From contig JBFWXJ010000001.1 of assembly GCA_050187535.1 (NCBI GenBank), positions 1-59,439 on the forward strand: a stretch of 59,439 bases of DNA, written 5' to 3'. Under the pieces are notes generated by a model. That model was not told the origin of the DNA and made no database searches. It saw only the letters and a program-made list of their open reading frames with translations. This DNA is from Alphaproteobacteria bacterium (lineage in GTDB: Bacteria > Pseudomonadota > Alphaproteobacteria > ATCC43930 > Allostellaceae). Both the position numbers and the translations under genes were made by a program. Below are positions 8,256 through 18,450 of the stretch, one piece after another. The number at the start of each line of letters is the position of its first letter. Within the stretch, counting starts at the first letter, position 1.

Positions 8256-8327
8256 CAGAACTCCGTTACGAACTTGTTGCGCGCCCTAATGGGTCGGCGC
8301 ATCATAACACGGTTCCGACATCGGAAC
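8255..8327. promoter_or_regulatory. Putative XRE operator sites in the divergent intergenic region
   Basis: TCAGAAC-tcc-GTTACGA (8255-8271), TCATAAC-acg-GTTCCGA (8302-8318) and a further half-site TCGGAAC (8321-8327); consensus half-site TCRKAAC. Confidence 0.6.
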
Positions 8328-8404
8328 GCAGACGGCGGCCGAGCGGTGCGGCTGGTACCCGTCCCGCCCGGCCTGACCACAACCTGAACCTTGGAGTTCT
8401 GGTC

Positions 8405-8662
8405 ATGGCTGCTTCTACGTCTACCACACCGAGGAAGGCGCCTCGCCCCCGCTGGAATGCCTACGAGGCGCGGTTCAAGCTCACCAAGAAAATCGACGCC
8501 GCCGGCAATCTCGCCCGCGCCGGGGGCTGCGATGTCCAGCTTGCCCATGTCCTGGTCGAGCTTGCCGCCGCTGCCCGAGAACTGGCGACGCGGACCCCGC
8601 AGTACGATGTGGAGCGGCTGCGCGCCCTTCTCGACCGTCAGGACGTCGGGGGTGCGGCATGA
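8405..8662 (+). CDS. Phage hypothetical protein
   Basis: GGAG RBS; 85 aa; ends GGAA* with ATGA coupling to the next ORF. Confidence 0.6.
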   Translation: MAASTSTTPRKAPRPRWNAYEARFKLTKKIDAAGNLARAGGCDVQLAHVLVELAAAARELATRTPQYDVERLRALLDRQDVGGAA

Positions 8663-9003
8663 CCCCCGACGCCGAGCTGGTGGCGCTGCTGCCCGAAATC
8701 GAACAGACGTATCGCGCCGAGCTGGCGGCAGCGGCGGCGCTGGAACTGATGCTCGACGGCGACCCCGACGAGCCGGTGTACGACCGGCTCTACGACCTGG
8801 CGCGGGAGCGGTTCGACGCCGTTCTCGCCAAGGCGACCGCGATGACGGCGACGACGCTCGTCGGTATCAGGATCAAGGCGAAGGTCGCGGCGATGATCGC
8901 GGCCCAAATGAGCGACAAGCAGCAGCACCCTGACCTGGACGTGCGCACCATGCGCAACGTCATCACCGACCTGCTGGCGCTGCCCGAGGGGGATGCGCCA
9001 TGA
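8659..9003 (+). CDS. Phage hypothetical protein
   Basis: 114 aa; DAELVAL...ATTLVGIRIKAKVA motif common in alphaproteobacterial prophage early genes; coupled on both sides. Confidence 0.7.
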   Translation: MTPDAELVALLPEIEQTYRAELAAAAALELMLDGDPDEPVYDRLYDLARERFDAVLAKATAMTATTLVGIRIKAKVAAMIAAQMSDKQQHPDLDVRTMRNVITDLLALPEGDAP

Positions 9004-9734
9004 CCCCCGCCGACGCCGTGCTGGCGCAGATCGTGGCTTCCGCGGACGTCATCGGCGCCACGGCGGACGGCCGCGCCTTCCTGCTGGTCGAGGCTCCGGC
9101 CGACCTTATCGACCGCATGGCCGAGTTCGGGGCCGCTCATGAGGACGATGAGGACGACGATCCGCCGGAAGACGGCGACCCCCGCGAGGACGACGACCCC
9201 GATACCTCGGTCGACGACGAAGGCGAGCCGCAGGTGGGCATCGCCCCGCAGTGGCCGCCGGGAAAAGCCCGCCTCGAAGCGGCGATCGCGGCCGGAAAGA
9301 CGGTGCGCGCCGTGGCGACCATGTTCGGTCGCTCGCAGACGGCGGTCTGGCGGTTGGCGAAGCGGCTCGGCGTCCGCTGGCCGAACGAGCGCAAGCCCCG
9401 GGCATCGGCTCCGCCGTCGAGGACGTGGCCGCCGACCGAGGACGAGGTGGCCGAGCTGATCGGGCAGGGCATCGGCGACAACCGCGCGTCGAAGCTCTTC
9501 GGCGTTCACGTCTCGACCTACCGGGCGCTGCGCCGCCGGTACTTCTGCGATGGCGTGGGCAGCAAGGACGACGGGCCGCCGGTCGACCCCGCGGAGTACG
9601 GCTACGTGGGCACGCCGCTGCCCTCGGGCATCACGTTCGATGACAGCCCTCGTGCCGCCGCTGCCGACCGCACCGGCCGGGTGCTGCGCCCGATGACGGT
9701 GCTGGAGCGGGAGTCGTCCATCGCGGCGTGCTGA
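9000..9734 (+). CDS. Phage hypothetical protein with acidic tract and HTH-like segments
   Basis: EDDEDDDPPEDGDPREDDDPD tract; GKTVRAVATMFGRSQTAVWRLAKRLG and GDNRASKLFGVHVSTYRALRRR are HTH-like. Confidence 0.6.
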   Translation: MTPADAVLAQIVASADVIGATADGRAFLLVEAPADLIDRMAEFGAAHEDDEDDDPPEDGDPREDDDPDTSVDDEGEPQVGIAPQWPPGKARLEAAIAAGKTVRAVATMFGRSQTAVWRLAKRLGVRWPNERKPRASAPPSRTWPPTEDEVAELIGQGIGDNRASKLFGVHVSTYRALRRRYFCDGVGSKDDGPPVDPAEYGYVGTPLPSGITFDDSPRAAAADRTGRVLRPMTVLERESSIAAC

Positions 9735-9761
9735 GACAATCGACCGGTCATCGACGCCCGA

Positions 9762-9810
9762 CCGAAAAGACAAACCCCGCCGGTTCGCGCTGGCGGGGTT
9801 TTGTTTTCGG
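9762..9810. terminator. Bidirectional intrinsic terminator
   Basis: AAACCCCGCCGG-loop-CTGGCGGGGTTT stem with A-rich 5' and T-rich 3' flanks, between the convergent phage ORF and tRNA. Confidence 0.8.
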
Positions 9811-9896
9811 CGGGTCCGCTGGGGGTCCGCTATTTTCTCGGAATTTTCGGCTCCGAGGCCGCCACCGTCAAAACCGCCCTGAATTCAGGGGGTTAA

Positions 9897-9972
<76 letters not shown>

Positions 9973-9984
9973 GCCGGGGCGCGG

Positions 9985-10013
9985 CATATAGCAACTCCCA
10001 CCCCCCTTGTCGA
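9985..10013 (-). promoter_or_regulatory. Sigma70-type promoter of tRNA-Lys
   Basis: TCGACA-17 nt-TATATG followed by a GC-rich discriminator just upstream of the tRNA. Confidence 0.6.
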
Positions 10014-10038
10014 TAGCGGCGAACGGTCACTCCGGCGG

Positions 10039-11193
10039 TCATTCAGGGCCGGCCTCGCCGCGGCGGTTGATCTCCATGTCGCGGTGGACGTAGACGCCCA
10101 TCACGAGGCCCATGCCGAACATCACCGTCAGCATGGCGGTGCCGCCGAAGGACACCATCGCCAGCGGCACGCCGACCACCGGCATCAGGCCCATGACCAT
10201 GCCGATGTTGATGAAGACGTAGAGGAAGAGCGTGGTGCTGACGCCGAGCGCCAGGACGCGGCCGAACTGGTTGCGGCTGCGCAGCGCGATCAGGAAGCCG
10301 TAGGCGATGACCAGCGCATAGAGACCGAGCAGCGTCAGCCCGCCCACCATGCCCCATTCCTCGGCCAGCATGGTGAAGATGAAGTCCGTCTGCTTCTCGG
10401 GCAGGAAGTTGAGATGGGCCTGGCTGCCGGCGAGGAAGCCCTTGCCGAAGACGCCGCCGGAGCCGAGCGCGATCTTCGACTGGATGATGTGGTAGCCCGC
10501 GCCCAGGGGATCGGCTTCCGGGTTCAGGAAGGTCAGCACCCGCTTCTTCTGGTAGTCGCGCAGGAACTCCCACGCGATCGGCACGACGGCGGCCACGACG
10601 GCGAGCGCAGCCGCGAACTTCCACAGGCGCACGCCGGCGATGAAGAAGACCGCCGCCCCGCCCGCCATCAGCATGATCGCAGTGCCGAGGTCCGGCTGCT
10701 TCAGCACGAGCGCGGCCGGGGCCAGGACCATGAGCGTCGGCAGGATCAGGAACACCGGCCGGCCGATCTCGTCCGCATCGAGCGTGTTGAAGTAGCGGGC
10801 CAGCGCCAGCACCAGCGAGATCTTCATGATCTCGGAGGGCTGCAGCTGGATGACGCCGAAGTCGATCCAGCGCTGCGCGCCCATGCCGATCTCGCCGCGA
10901 ATCTCGACCGCGACCAGCAGCGCGAAGGCGGCGAGATAGATGACGTAGGCCAGGCGCAGCCAGACGCGCAGATCGACCAGCGCGACCACGATCATGCCCG
11001 CGAGGCCGATGCAGAAGCGCAGGATCTGCTTCTCGGCCCAGGGCTGGAAGCTGCCGCCGGCGGCCGAGTAGAGCATGGCGAAGCCGACGCCCGCGATCGC
11101 CCCCAGCAGCAGCACGAGGCCCCAGTTGACCTGCCAGATGCGGTCGAGGAGCAGCGGCGCCCGCGATCGCGGCGATGCCTCGAAGCCGGTCAT
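10039..11193 (-). CDS. rodA: Rod shape-determining protein RodA (SEDS)
   Basis: MGAQRWI, QPSEIMK, QPDLGT, GYHIIQSKIALGSGG, LPEKQTDFIF; ATGA overlap with mrdA. Confidence 0.97.
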   Translation of the reverse strand: MTGFEASPRSRAPLLLDRIWQVNWGLVLLLGAIAGVGFAMLYSAAGGSFQPWAEKQILRFCIGLAGMIVVALVDLRVWLRLAYVIYLAAFALLVAVEIRGEIGMGAQRWIDFGVIQLQPSEIMKISLVLALARYFNTLDADEIGRPVFLILPTLMVLAPAALVLKQPDLGTAIMLMAGGAAVFFIAGVRLWKFAAALAVVAAVVPIAWEFLRDYQKKRVLTFLNPEADPLGAGYHIIQSKIALGSGGVFGKGFLAGSQAHLNFLPEKQTDFIFTMLAEEWGMVGGLTLLGLYALVIAYGFLIALRSRNQFGRVLALGVSTTLFLYVFINIGMVMGLMPVVGVPLAMVSFGGTAMLTVMFGMGLVMGVYVHRDMEINRRGEAGPE

Positions 11194-13061
11194 CCGCGAT
11201 CCGCCACGAGGCGCTGCGGCAGCCGCCGCGCGGGGTCGCGCCGCTGCACCTCGAGCAGCAGGTCGCGCACGATCGGGGCGGCGACGCTGCTGCCGCCGCC
11301 GCCGTGCTCCACCACCACCGCGGCGGCGTAGCGGGGCTGGGCCAGCGGCGCGTAGCCGATGAAGAGCGCGTGGTCGCGCTCGCGCCAGGGCAGATCCTCG
11401 TTGCGGCGCACGCCGCGCTCGCGCTCGGCCATGGTGATGCGCCGCACCTGCGACGTGCCGGTCTTCCCGCCCATCGCCATGTCGGCCTCGCGGATGCGCA
11501 TGGCGTAGGCGGTGCCGCCGACCTCGTTCACGACGGCCGCCATGCCGTCGAGGACGGCGGCCAGGCTGGCGGGCGCGATGCCGAGCGACGGGAAGAGGTC
11601 GCGGCGGGGCGCCGGCTCCTCGCTGCGCATCACGCCCTGCGGCCGCGTCAGGCGAGGGACCACGGCGCGGCCGCCGTTGACGAGGCGCGCGGTCATCACG
11701 GCCAGCTGCAGCGGTGTCGCCAGGACGTAGCCCTGGCCGATGCCCGTCAGGACCGTCTCGCCCTGCTGCCAGGGGTGGCGGCTCGTCGTCTGCTTCCACT
11801 CGCGGCTCGGGATGAGGCCGGTGCGCTCGCCCGGCAGGTCGAGGCCGAGCGACTCGCCCAGGCCGAAGCGCCGGCACATCGGCGCCAGCCGGTCGATGCC
11901 GACGCGCCGCGCCGTCTCGTAGAAATAGACGTCGCAGGAATTCTTCAGCGCCTCGTGCAGGTTCATCGGCCCGTGGCCGCCGCGCTTCCAGCAGTGGAAG
12001 CGCTGCTCGCCCAGCTCGAAATGACCGGGGCAGAGGATGCGCTGGTCGGGCGTGACCGCCTTGGTCTCCAGGGCGGCGATCGCCACCATCATCTTGAAGG
12101 TCGAGCCCGGCGCGTACTGCCCGGAGATCGCCTTGTTGGAGAGCGGCCCGCGCGGGTCGCCGCGCAGGCGGTTCCACTGCTCGGTCGTCAGCCCTTGCGC
12201 GAACACGGCGGGGTCGAAGCCCGGATGGGACACGAGCGACATCACCTCGCCCGTGTGGACGTCGAGGACGACGGCGGCCGCACTCTCCTCTCCGGCGAGG
12301 CGGTCGACGGTGTAGCGCTGCAGGCCGAGGTCCACGGTCAGGACGACGTCGCGCCCCGCCTGGCCCTCCTGCCGGCCGAGCTCGCGGATCACCCGGCCAT
12401 AGGCGTTGACCTCGACCTCGCTGGCGCCTGCCGCACCACGCAGCACCGTCTCCTGCGAGCGCTCGATGCCGCTCTTGCCGATGCGGAACTCCGGCAGCTC
12501 CAGCAGGGGGTCGCCGGTCAGCTCGTGCTCGGCGACGGGCGCCACGTAGCCGACGACATGGCCGGTGACCATGCCCTGCGGGTAGTAGCGCAGGAGGCCG
12601 GGATCGATCGCGACGCCCGGCAGGTCGGCGGCGTTGACCTCGATCCGCGCCACCTCGTCCCAGGTCAGGTTGCCGCGCACCAGGATCGGCACGAAGCCGC
12701 GCTTGCGCCTGACCTCGCGCACCACCCGCCGGCGGTCGGCCTCGCCGAGCGGCGCGATGCGGTCGATGATCTCGAGCGCCCGATCGAGGTCGCCGATCTG
12801 CTCGGGCACCAGGACGAGGCGGTAGTCCTGGTGGTTGACGGCGAGCGGCTCGCCGTAGCGGTCCGTCACCTGCCCGCGCGGCGGCGGCAGCAGGCGGACG
12901 TTGATCCGGTTCTCCTCGGCCAGCATCGTGTAGCGGTCGGCCTCGACCACCTGCAGGTAGTAGAGGCGGGCGCCCAGCGCGGCGAACAGCACCGCCTGCC
13001 CGCCCGCCAGCAACAGGGCGCGGCGGGTGAAGACCTTGGCGCGGCTGCGGTCCTGGCGCAT
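11190..13061 (-). CDS. mrdA: Penicillin-binding protein 2
   Basis: PGSTFK (SxxK), SCD (SxN position), GKTGTSQV; located in the mre operon. Confidence 0.97.
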   Translation of the reverse strand: MRQDRSRAKVFTRRALLLAGGQAVLFAALGARLYYLQVVEADRYTMLAEENRINVRLLPPPRGQVTDRYGEPLAVNHQDYRLVLVPEQIGDLDRALEIIDRIAPLGEADRRRVVREVRRKRGFVPILVRGNLTWDEVARIEVNAADLPGVAIDPGLLRYYPQGMVTGHVVGYVAPVAEHELTGDPLLELPEFRIGKSGIERSQETVLRGAAGASEVEVNAYGRVIRELGRQEGQAGRDVVLTVDLGLQRYTVDRLAGEESAAAVVLDVHTGEVMSLVSHPGFDPAVFAQGLTTEQWNRLRGDPRGPLSNKAISGQYAPGSTFKMMVAIAALETKAVTPDQRILCPGHFELGEQRFHCWKRGGHGPMNLHEALKNSCDVYFYETARRVGIDRLAPMCRRFGLGESLGLDLPGERTGLIPSREWKQTTSRHPWQQGETVLTGIGQGYVLATPLQLAVMTARLVNGGRAVVPRLTRPQGVMRSEEPAPRRDLFPSLGIAPASLAAVLDGMAAVVNEVGGTAYAMRIREADMAMGGKTGTSQVRRITMAERERGVRRNEDLPWRERDHALFIGYAPLAQPRYAAAVVVEHGGGGSSVAAPIVRDLLLEVQRRDPARRLPQRLVADRG

Positions 13062-13071
13062 CGCGGCCGCC

Positions 13072-13587
13072 TCAGGCCCGCGCCATGAAGGCGCGCTGCA
13101 CGCCGAGGAAGATGCCGGCGAAGAACGGGTAGACCGCGACCGTGATCAGGCAGCGGAACGCCGCCTCGCGCGGATCGAGCAACACCCCGGCGAGGGCGCT
13201 GCCCGCGGCCCACAGCGCCAGGAAGGTGACGGCGGCGACCAGGCCGAAGCCCCACCAGGCGATGAGGAAGGCCTTGCCGGCGAGGAAGCGACGCTGGGTC
13301 GCGACCAGGACGTGGACGGCCAGCAGCGTCAGCGACCCCGTGCCGAGCGGGCTGCCGGTCAGCAGGTCCTGCACCAGCCCGACCAGGAAGATCACCCCCG
13401 GCGGCAGCAGCTCCGGCCGATGCACCGTCCAGTGGTAGACGGCGATCAGCACGACGGCCGGCATCATGGTCCGAAACCCCACGATCGGCACGCGCACCGC
13501 GGACAGCAGCAGCAGCATGACCGTCAGCAGCGTCGGCAGCAGGTCGCGCGCCCAGCCGTCGAGGCGGTGCAGGAGGCCGGCGTTCAT
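13072..13587 (-). CDS. mreD: Rod shape-determining protein MreD
   Basis: Hydrophobic 171 aa, GLVQDLLTG motif, between mreC and mrdA. Confidence 0.92.
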   Translation of the reverse strand: MNAGLLHRLDGWARDLLPTLLTVMLLLLSAVRVPIVGFRTMMPAVVLIAVYHWTVHRPELLPPGVIFLVGLVQDLLTGSPLGTGSLTLLAVHVLVATQRRFLAGKAFLIAWWGFGLVAAVTFLALWAAGSALAGVLLDPREAAFRCLITVAVYPFFAGIFLGVQRAFMARA

Positions 13588-14480
13588 TGCCGGGCGCGGC
13601 CGCGGGTGCGCTGCGGGCCGGGGATCGCCTCGCTCAGCGTATGGGCGAGGCCGGTGTCGGCCAGCCGGACGTATTCCAGGCGGTCGAAGTCGACATAGGG
13701 CAGGACGCGCGCCACGCCGTCCTCGGCCAGCGCCACCTCGCCCACGGGGATGCCGGGCGGGAATACGCCGCCATGGCCCGAGGTCACCACCCGCTCGCCG
13801 CCCTTCAGCGCCTCCTTGCGCTGGCCGAGATAGAGCAGGCGCGGCCGCGGGCCGTTGTCGCCGGCCATGACCGCGCGCTCGCGCGTGCCCTCGATGATGA
13901 CGGGGATGCGCGAGTTGAGGTCGGTCACCAGCAGCACCCGCGCGGCGCGGTCCCCGGCCTCCACGACGCGGCCGGCCAGGCCGTGGTCGGCGAGTGCCGC
14001 CTGCCCCTTGGCGGCCCCCTGCCGGGCGCCGGCGTTGACCAGCACGCTGCGCACGAAGGTGCCGCCCGAATCGGCGATGACGCGGGCCGAGACGTAGCTC
14101 AGCATCGGCTCGGGCGTGACGTTCATCAGGCCGCGGATCTGGGTGTTCTCGGCCTCCAGCCGGCGCGCGACCTCCTGCCACTGGAGCAGCCTCGCGTTGG
14201 CCTCGCGCAGGCGGTCGTTCTCGGCGCGCAGCGCCGTCATCTCGCGCACTTCGTCGCTGACCCTTCCGACCGTGGCGAAGGGCCGGGAGATCGCGTCCAG
14301 CAGCGGGCCCAGCGTATCGGCGGTGCGGGTGCGCAGGCGCTCGACGACGACGGTGTCGGCCTTGCCCAGCACGATGAGGCCGAAGGAGGCGAGGATCAGC
14401 AGCAGCAGGGCGAATCGCTGCATCCATGCCCGGATCGGCATGGTCAGCCGCATCGGCGTTGTGGCGCGCGGCAGCCTCAA
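13584..14480 (-). CDS. mreC: Rod shape-determining protein MreC (start uncertain)
   Basis: TM helix plus coiled coil; ARVIADSGG, GLAGRV, VLLVTDLNSRIPV, VVTSGHGGVFPPGIPVG. Confidence 0.95.
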   Translation of the reverse strand: MRLPRATTPMRLTMPIRAWMQRFALLLLILASFGLIVLGKADTVVVERLRTRTADTLGPLLDAISRPFATVGRVSDEVREMTALRAENDRLREANARLLQWQEVARRLEAENTQIRGLMNVTPEPMLSYVSARVIADSGGTFVRSVLVNAGARQGAAKGQAALADHGLAGRVVEAGDRAARVLLVTDLNSRIPVIIEGTRERAVMAGDNGPRPRLLYLGQRKEALKGGERVVTSGHGGVFPPGIPVGEVALAEDGVARVLPYVDFDRLEYVRLADTGLAHTLSEAIPGPQRTRGRARQ

Positions 14481-14596
14481 GCGTCCACCTCATCCCCCTC
14501 CGGGGCACGGCGACGTCGCCGGCCGGAGCGGGGAAAGACTACACGATCTCGCCAAATCTGCCCGATTCGGCCACGGGCGAGACGCCCGATATCGGC

Positions 14597-15643
<1,047 letters not shown>

Positions 15644-15902
15644 CTACCGTCCTTGCTGCCAGCCGTGGTGGTTGCTCATGGCGAGCCGGAGCCGGCGCCA
15701 TCCCGTCGCGGCCCCGCCTCCGGCGGAGGGCGGCCCTTTGGCCCATTCGACGGCCGGGCAGTCTTACGCTCGCCAATGTCGATGGGGCAACGGCTTTCTG
15801 GCCGCACCACCCGTCCCTGCGGCATCCCGATGATGGTGGCGGACCCCGCATTGTCATACCATGTGGGCGAGGCGGCGATCGGTCGAGTGGAGAGAGCGGA
15901 TC

Positions 15903-17270
15903 ATGGCCAAGCATGTGCGGTGCGGGACCCTGTTCACGGGCGGCGAGGACACGGCGCGCACGGACTGCACCATCATCGTCGGCGAGGACGGCCGCATCGT
16001 CCATGTCGGCCCGACCGCCGACGCGCCGCCGCCCGCGCGCGGCGACACGGTCGTGGACTACTCCACGCGCTTCGTCATGCCGGGCCTGCTCGACGTGCAC
16101 ACGCATCTGGCCTACGGCAACGCCAAGACCGAGGAGGACATCGACCTCTACCAGCCGCTCGAGTTCCGCACGCTGCGCGCCCTCTTCTTCGCGCAGAAGT
16201 GCATCGCGGCCGGCTACACCTCGATCTGCGCGCCGGGCGACGCCGGGCAGATCAGCCTGTCCGTGCGCAACGCGATCCGCGCCGGGCTGTTCGACGGCCC
16301 GCGCGTCACGGCGGCCGGTCGCTACCTGACGACGCGCCAGGGCCTGACCGACTGGTACCCGACCTGGATCGGCGCGCCGGAGACCTCGATCGGCCGCCTG
16401 GTCGCCAGCAAGGACGAAGCGATCGAGGAGATCCGCGTCCAGGTGAAGAACGGCGTCGACTGCATCAAGATCGCCATGGACGGCTTCCACCGCCGCCCCG
16501 ACGGCGAGCTGGTCGCGGCCTTCAACCAGGACGAGACGGATGTGATGGTCGCCGAGGCCCATCGCCTCGGCAAGAAGGTGGTGGTCCATGCGCGCGGCCG
16601 CGAGGCGACGCTCTATTCCGCGCGCGCCGGCGTCGACCTCATCTTCCACGCCTATTATCTCGACGACGAATGCATCGACGCGATGCTGCAGTCGGGCAGC
16701 GCCATCGGCCCGACGCTGACCTTCCCGCGCAACATCTGCGACTTCACCCAGCCGCACGAGCCCGCCCACCTGAAGGGCCGCATCGCCGACACCGAGCGCG
16801 AGTTCGAGGTGGCGTGCGAGAACCTGCGCCGCGCCAGGAAGGCCGGCGTGCCGATGATGACCGGCACCGACAGCGGCTTCGCGGTGACGCCCTACGGCGA
16901 GTGGCACGCCCGCGAGCTGGAGATCTTCGTGCGCCACCTGGGGTTCACCCCGGCCGAGGCGCTGCGCGCGGCGACCGAGGTCACGGCGCGCTTCATGGCC
17001 GACGGTGCCCGCGTCGGCACGCTGGCGCCGGGCAAGGCCGCGGACTTCATCGTGGTCGACGGGTCGCCGCTCGCCAATGTCGGCATCCTGCTCGACAAGA
17101 AGCGCATCCTCGCCGTCCATATCGACGGCAAGGAGATCTCGATCCCGGCGCGTGGCTGGGACCCGCGCAAGGTGACGGACTTCGCCTGGACCAATTGGAC
17201 CGACCTCTACACCCAGGAGCGGGTGGCCGAGCTGCGCGGCCAAGTGCCGACCCTGGCGGCGGCCCAGTAG
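15903..17270 (+). CDS. Metal-dependent amidohydrolase (Xaa-Pro dipeptidase-like)
   Basis: MPGLLDVHTH, IKIAMDG, VVVHARG, GTDSG, GTLAPGKAADFIVVDGSPL. Confidence 0.9.
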   Translation: MAKHVRCGTLFTGGEDTARTDCTIIVGEDGRIVHVGPTADAPPPARGDTVVDYSTRFVMPGLLDVHTHLAYGNAKTEEDIDLYQPLEFRTLRALFFAQKCIAAGYTSICAPGDAGQISLSVRNAIRAGLFDGPRVTAAGRYLTTRQGLTDWYPTWIGAPETSIGRLVASKDEAIEEIRVQVKNGVDCIKIAMDGFHRRPDGELVAAFNQDETDVMVAEAHRLGKKVVVHARGREATLYSARAGVDLIFHAYYLDDECIDAMLQSGSAIGPTLTFPRNICDFTQPHEPAHLKGRIADTEREFEVACENLRRARKAGVPMMTGTDSGFAVTPYGEWHARELEIFVRHLGFTPAEALRAATEVTARFMADGARVGTLAPGKAADFIVVDGSPLANVGILLDKKRILAVHIDGKEISIPARGWDPRKVTDFAWTNWTDLYTQERVAELRGQVPTLAAAQ

Positions 17271-17304
17271 GACGCGCCGCCCCCGGCCGCCGCAGGAGGA
17301 GAAC

Positions 17305-17889
17305 ATGACGGGTCGAGGATCGAGGTCGGCCGGCTGCCTGCGCGCCGTCGCGGCCGCCGCGTTGCTCGCCACGGCGTCGCCGCCGGCCATGGCCGAGATC
17401 AGCCTGCTGGCGCCGCGCGACCAGCTCCTCGAGGCCGCATACAGCCAGAACATCGACGGCGTCCGCGCCCAGATCGCCGGCGGCGCCAGCCCGAACCGGG
17501 TCGACACCGAGGGGCGCACCGCGCTCATGTATGCCTCGGCCGCCGGCAACGTCGAGATCGTCCGGGTGCTGGTCGAGAGCGGTGCCTGGGTCGACCTGCG
17601 CGACCGCTTCGGCGACACCGCGCTGATGCTGGCCGCGGACCGCGGCCATATCGAGGTTGCCCAGTTCCTGCTCGCCCGCAGCGCCAAGGTCGACAACGAC
17701 AACCGCCGCGGTATGACGCCCCTGATGCAGGCCGCCGCGTCGGGGCGGCTGGAGATGATCCGCGTGCTGCTGAAGGCCGGGGCCGACCTCAAGCGCCAGG
17801 ACTATTCCGGATTCTCCGCCCTCGACTGGGCCGAACGGTCGAACCAGCGGCGCGCGGCCGAGGTGATCCGGCGCGCCGGCGGCGGCTGA
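17305..17889 (+). CDS. Exported ankyrin-repeat protein
   Basis: Signal-peptide-like N-terminus; repeats GRTALMYA, GDTALMLAA, GMTPLMQAA, GFSALDWA. Confidence 0.9.
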   Translation: MTGRGSRSAGCLRAVAAAALLATASPPAMAEISLLAPRDQLLEAAYSQNIDGVRAQIAGGASPNRVDTEGRTALMYASAAGNVEIVRVLVESGAWVDLRDRFGDTALMLAADRGHIEVAQFLLARSAKVDNDNRRGMTPLMQAAASGRLEMIRVLLKAGADLKRQDYSGFSALDWAERSNQRRAAEVIRRAGGG

Positions 17890-17947
17890 CGCCTTCGGGA
17901 ACCGTCGCGCTCTCCTGCCGTTGCGCCCCGGTGGGAGGTGCCGAACG

Positions 17948-18379
17948 ATGGCCGACCAGGAGCGCCGAAGCGGATCGACCGCGATCCCCTGCTTCAAGTA
18001 TCGCGACGCCACGGCGGCGATGGATTTCCTGTGCGAGGCGTTCGGCTTCGCGCGTCGGTTCGTCGTGCCGGGCGACGGCGAGCGGATCGCCCACGCCGAG
18101 CTGGTGCACGGCACCGGCATGGTGATGCTGGGGTCGAGCGACGCGAGCGACTACGGCCGGCTGATGGCCGAGCCGGACGAGATCGGCGGGCGCGCGACGC
18201 AATCCGCCTACGTCGTGGTCGAGGACGCGGACGTGCACTGTTCCCGAGCGCGCGCCGCCGGTGCGGAGATCGTCATCGAGCTCAGGGACGAAGGCCACGG
18301 CCGCAGCTACACCTGCCGCGACCCCGAGGGCCATGTGTGGACCTTCGGGACCTACGACCCGTGGCGCGACGGCGGCTGA
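17948..18379 (+). CDS. VOC/glyoxalase family protein
   Basis: YRDATAAMDFLCEAFGF, IAHAEL, CRDPEGHVWTFG; GGAGG RBS. Confidence 0.9.
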   Translation: MADQERRSGSTAIPCFKYRDATAAMDFLCEAFGFARRFVVPGDGERIAHAELVHGTGMVMLGSSDASDYGRLMAEPDEIGGRATQSAYVVVEDADVHCSRARAAGAEIVIELRDEGHGRSYTCRDPEGHVWTFGTYDPWRDGG

Positions 18380-18450
18380 GTGGCCACCCGCATCTCGACC
18401 GGCGCGGCCCCCCGCCCTAAGAATGGCGGCCCCGCCCGGCAGGAGAGCTC

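Larger units (their letters stand above)
1..9896. mobile_element. Right arm of an integrated prophage / phage-satellite-like element, bounded by the 3' end of tRNA-Lys; left end outside the window
   Basis: Terminase, portal, protease and tape-measure genes, an XRE regulator and small phage-type ORFs run up to the CCA end of the tRNA. Core cell-wall genes start on the other side. No integrase in the window. Confidence 0.85.
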
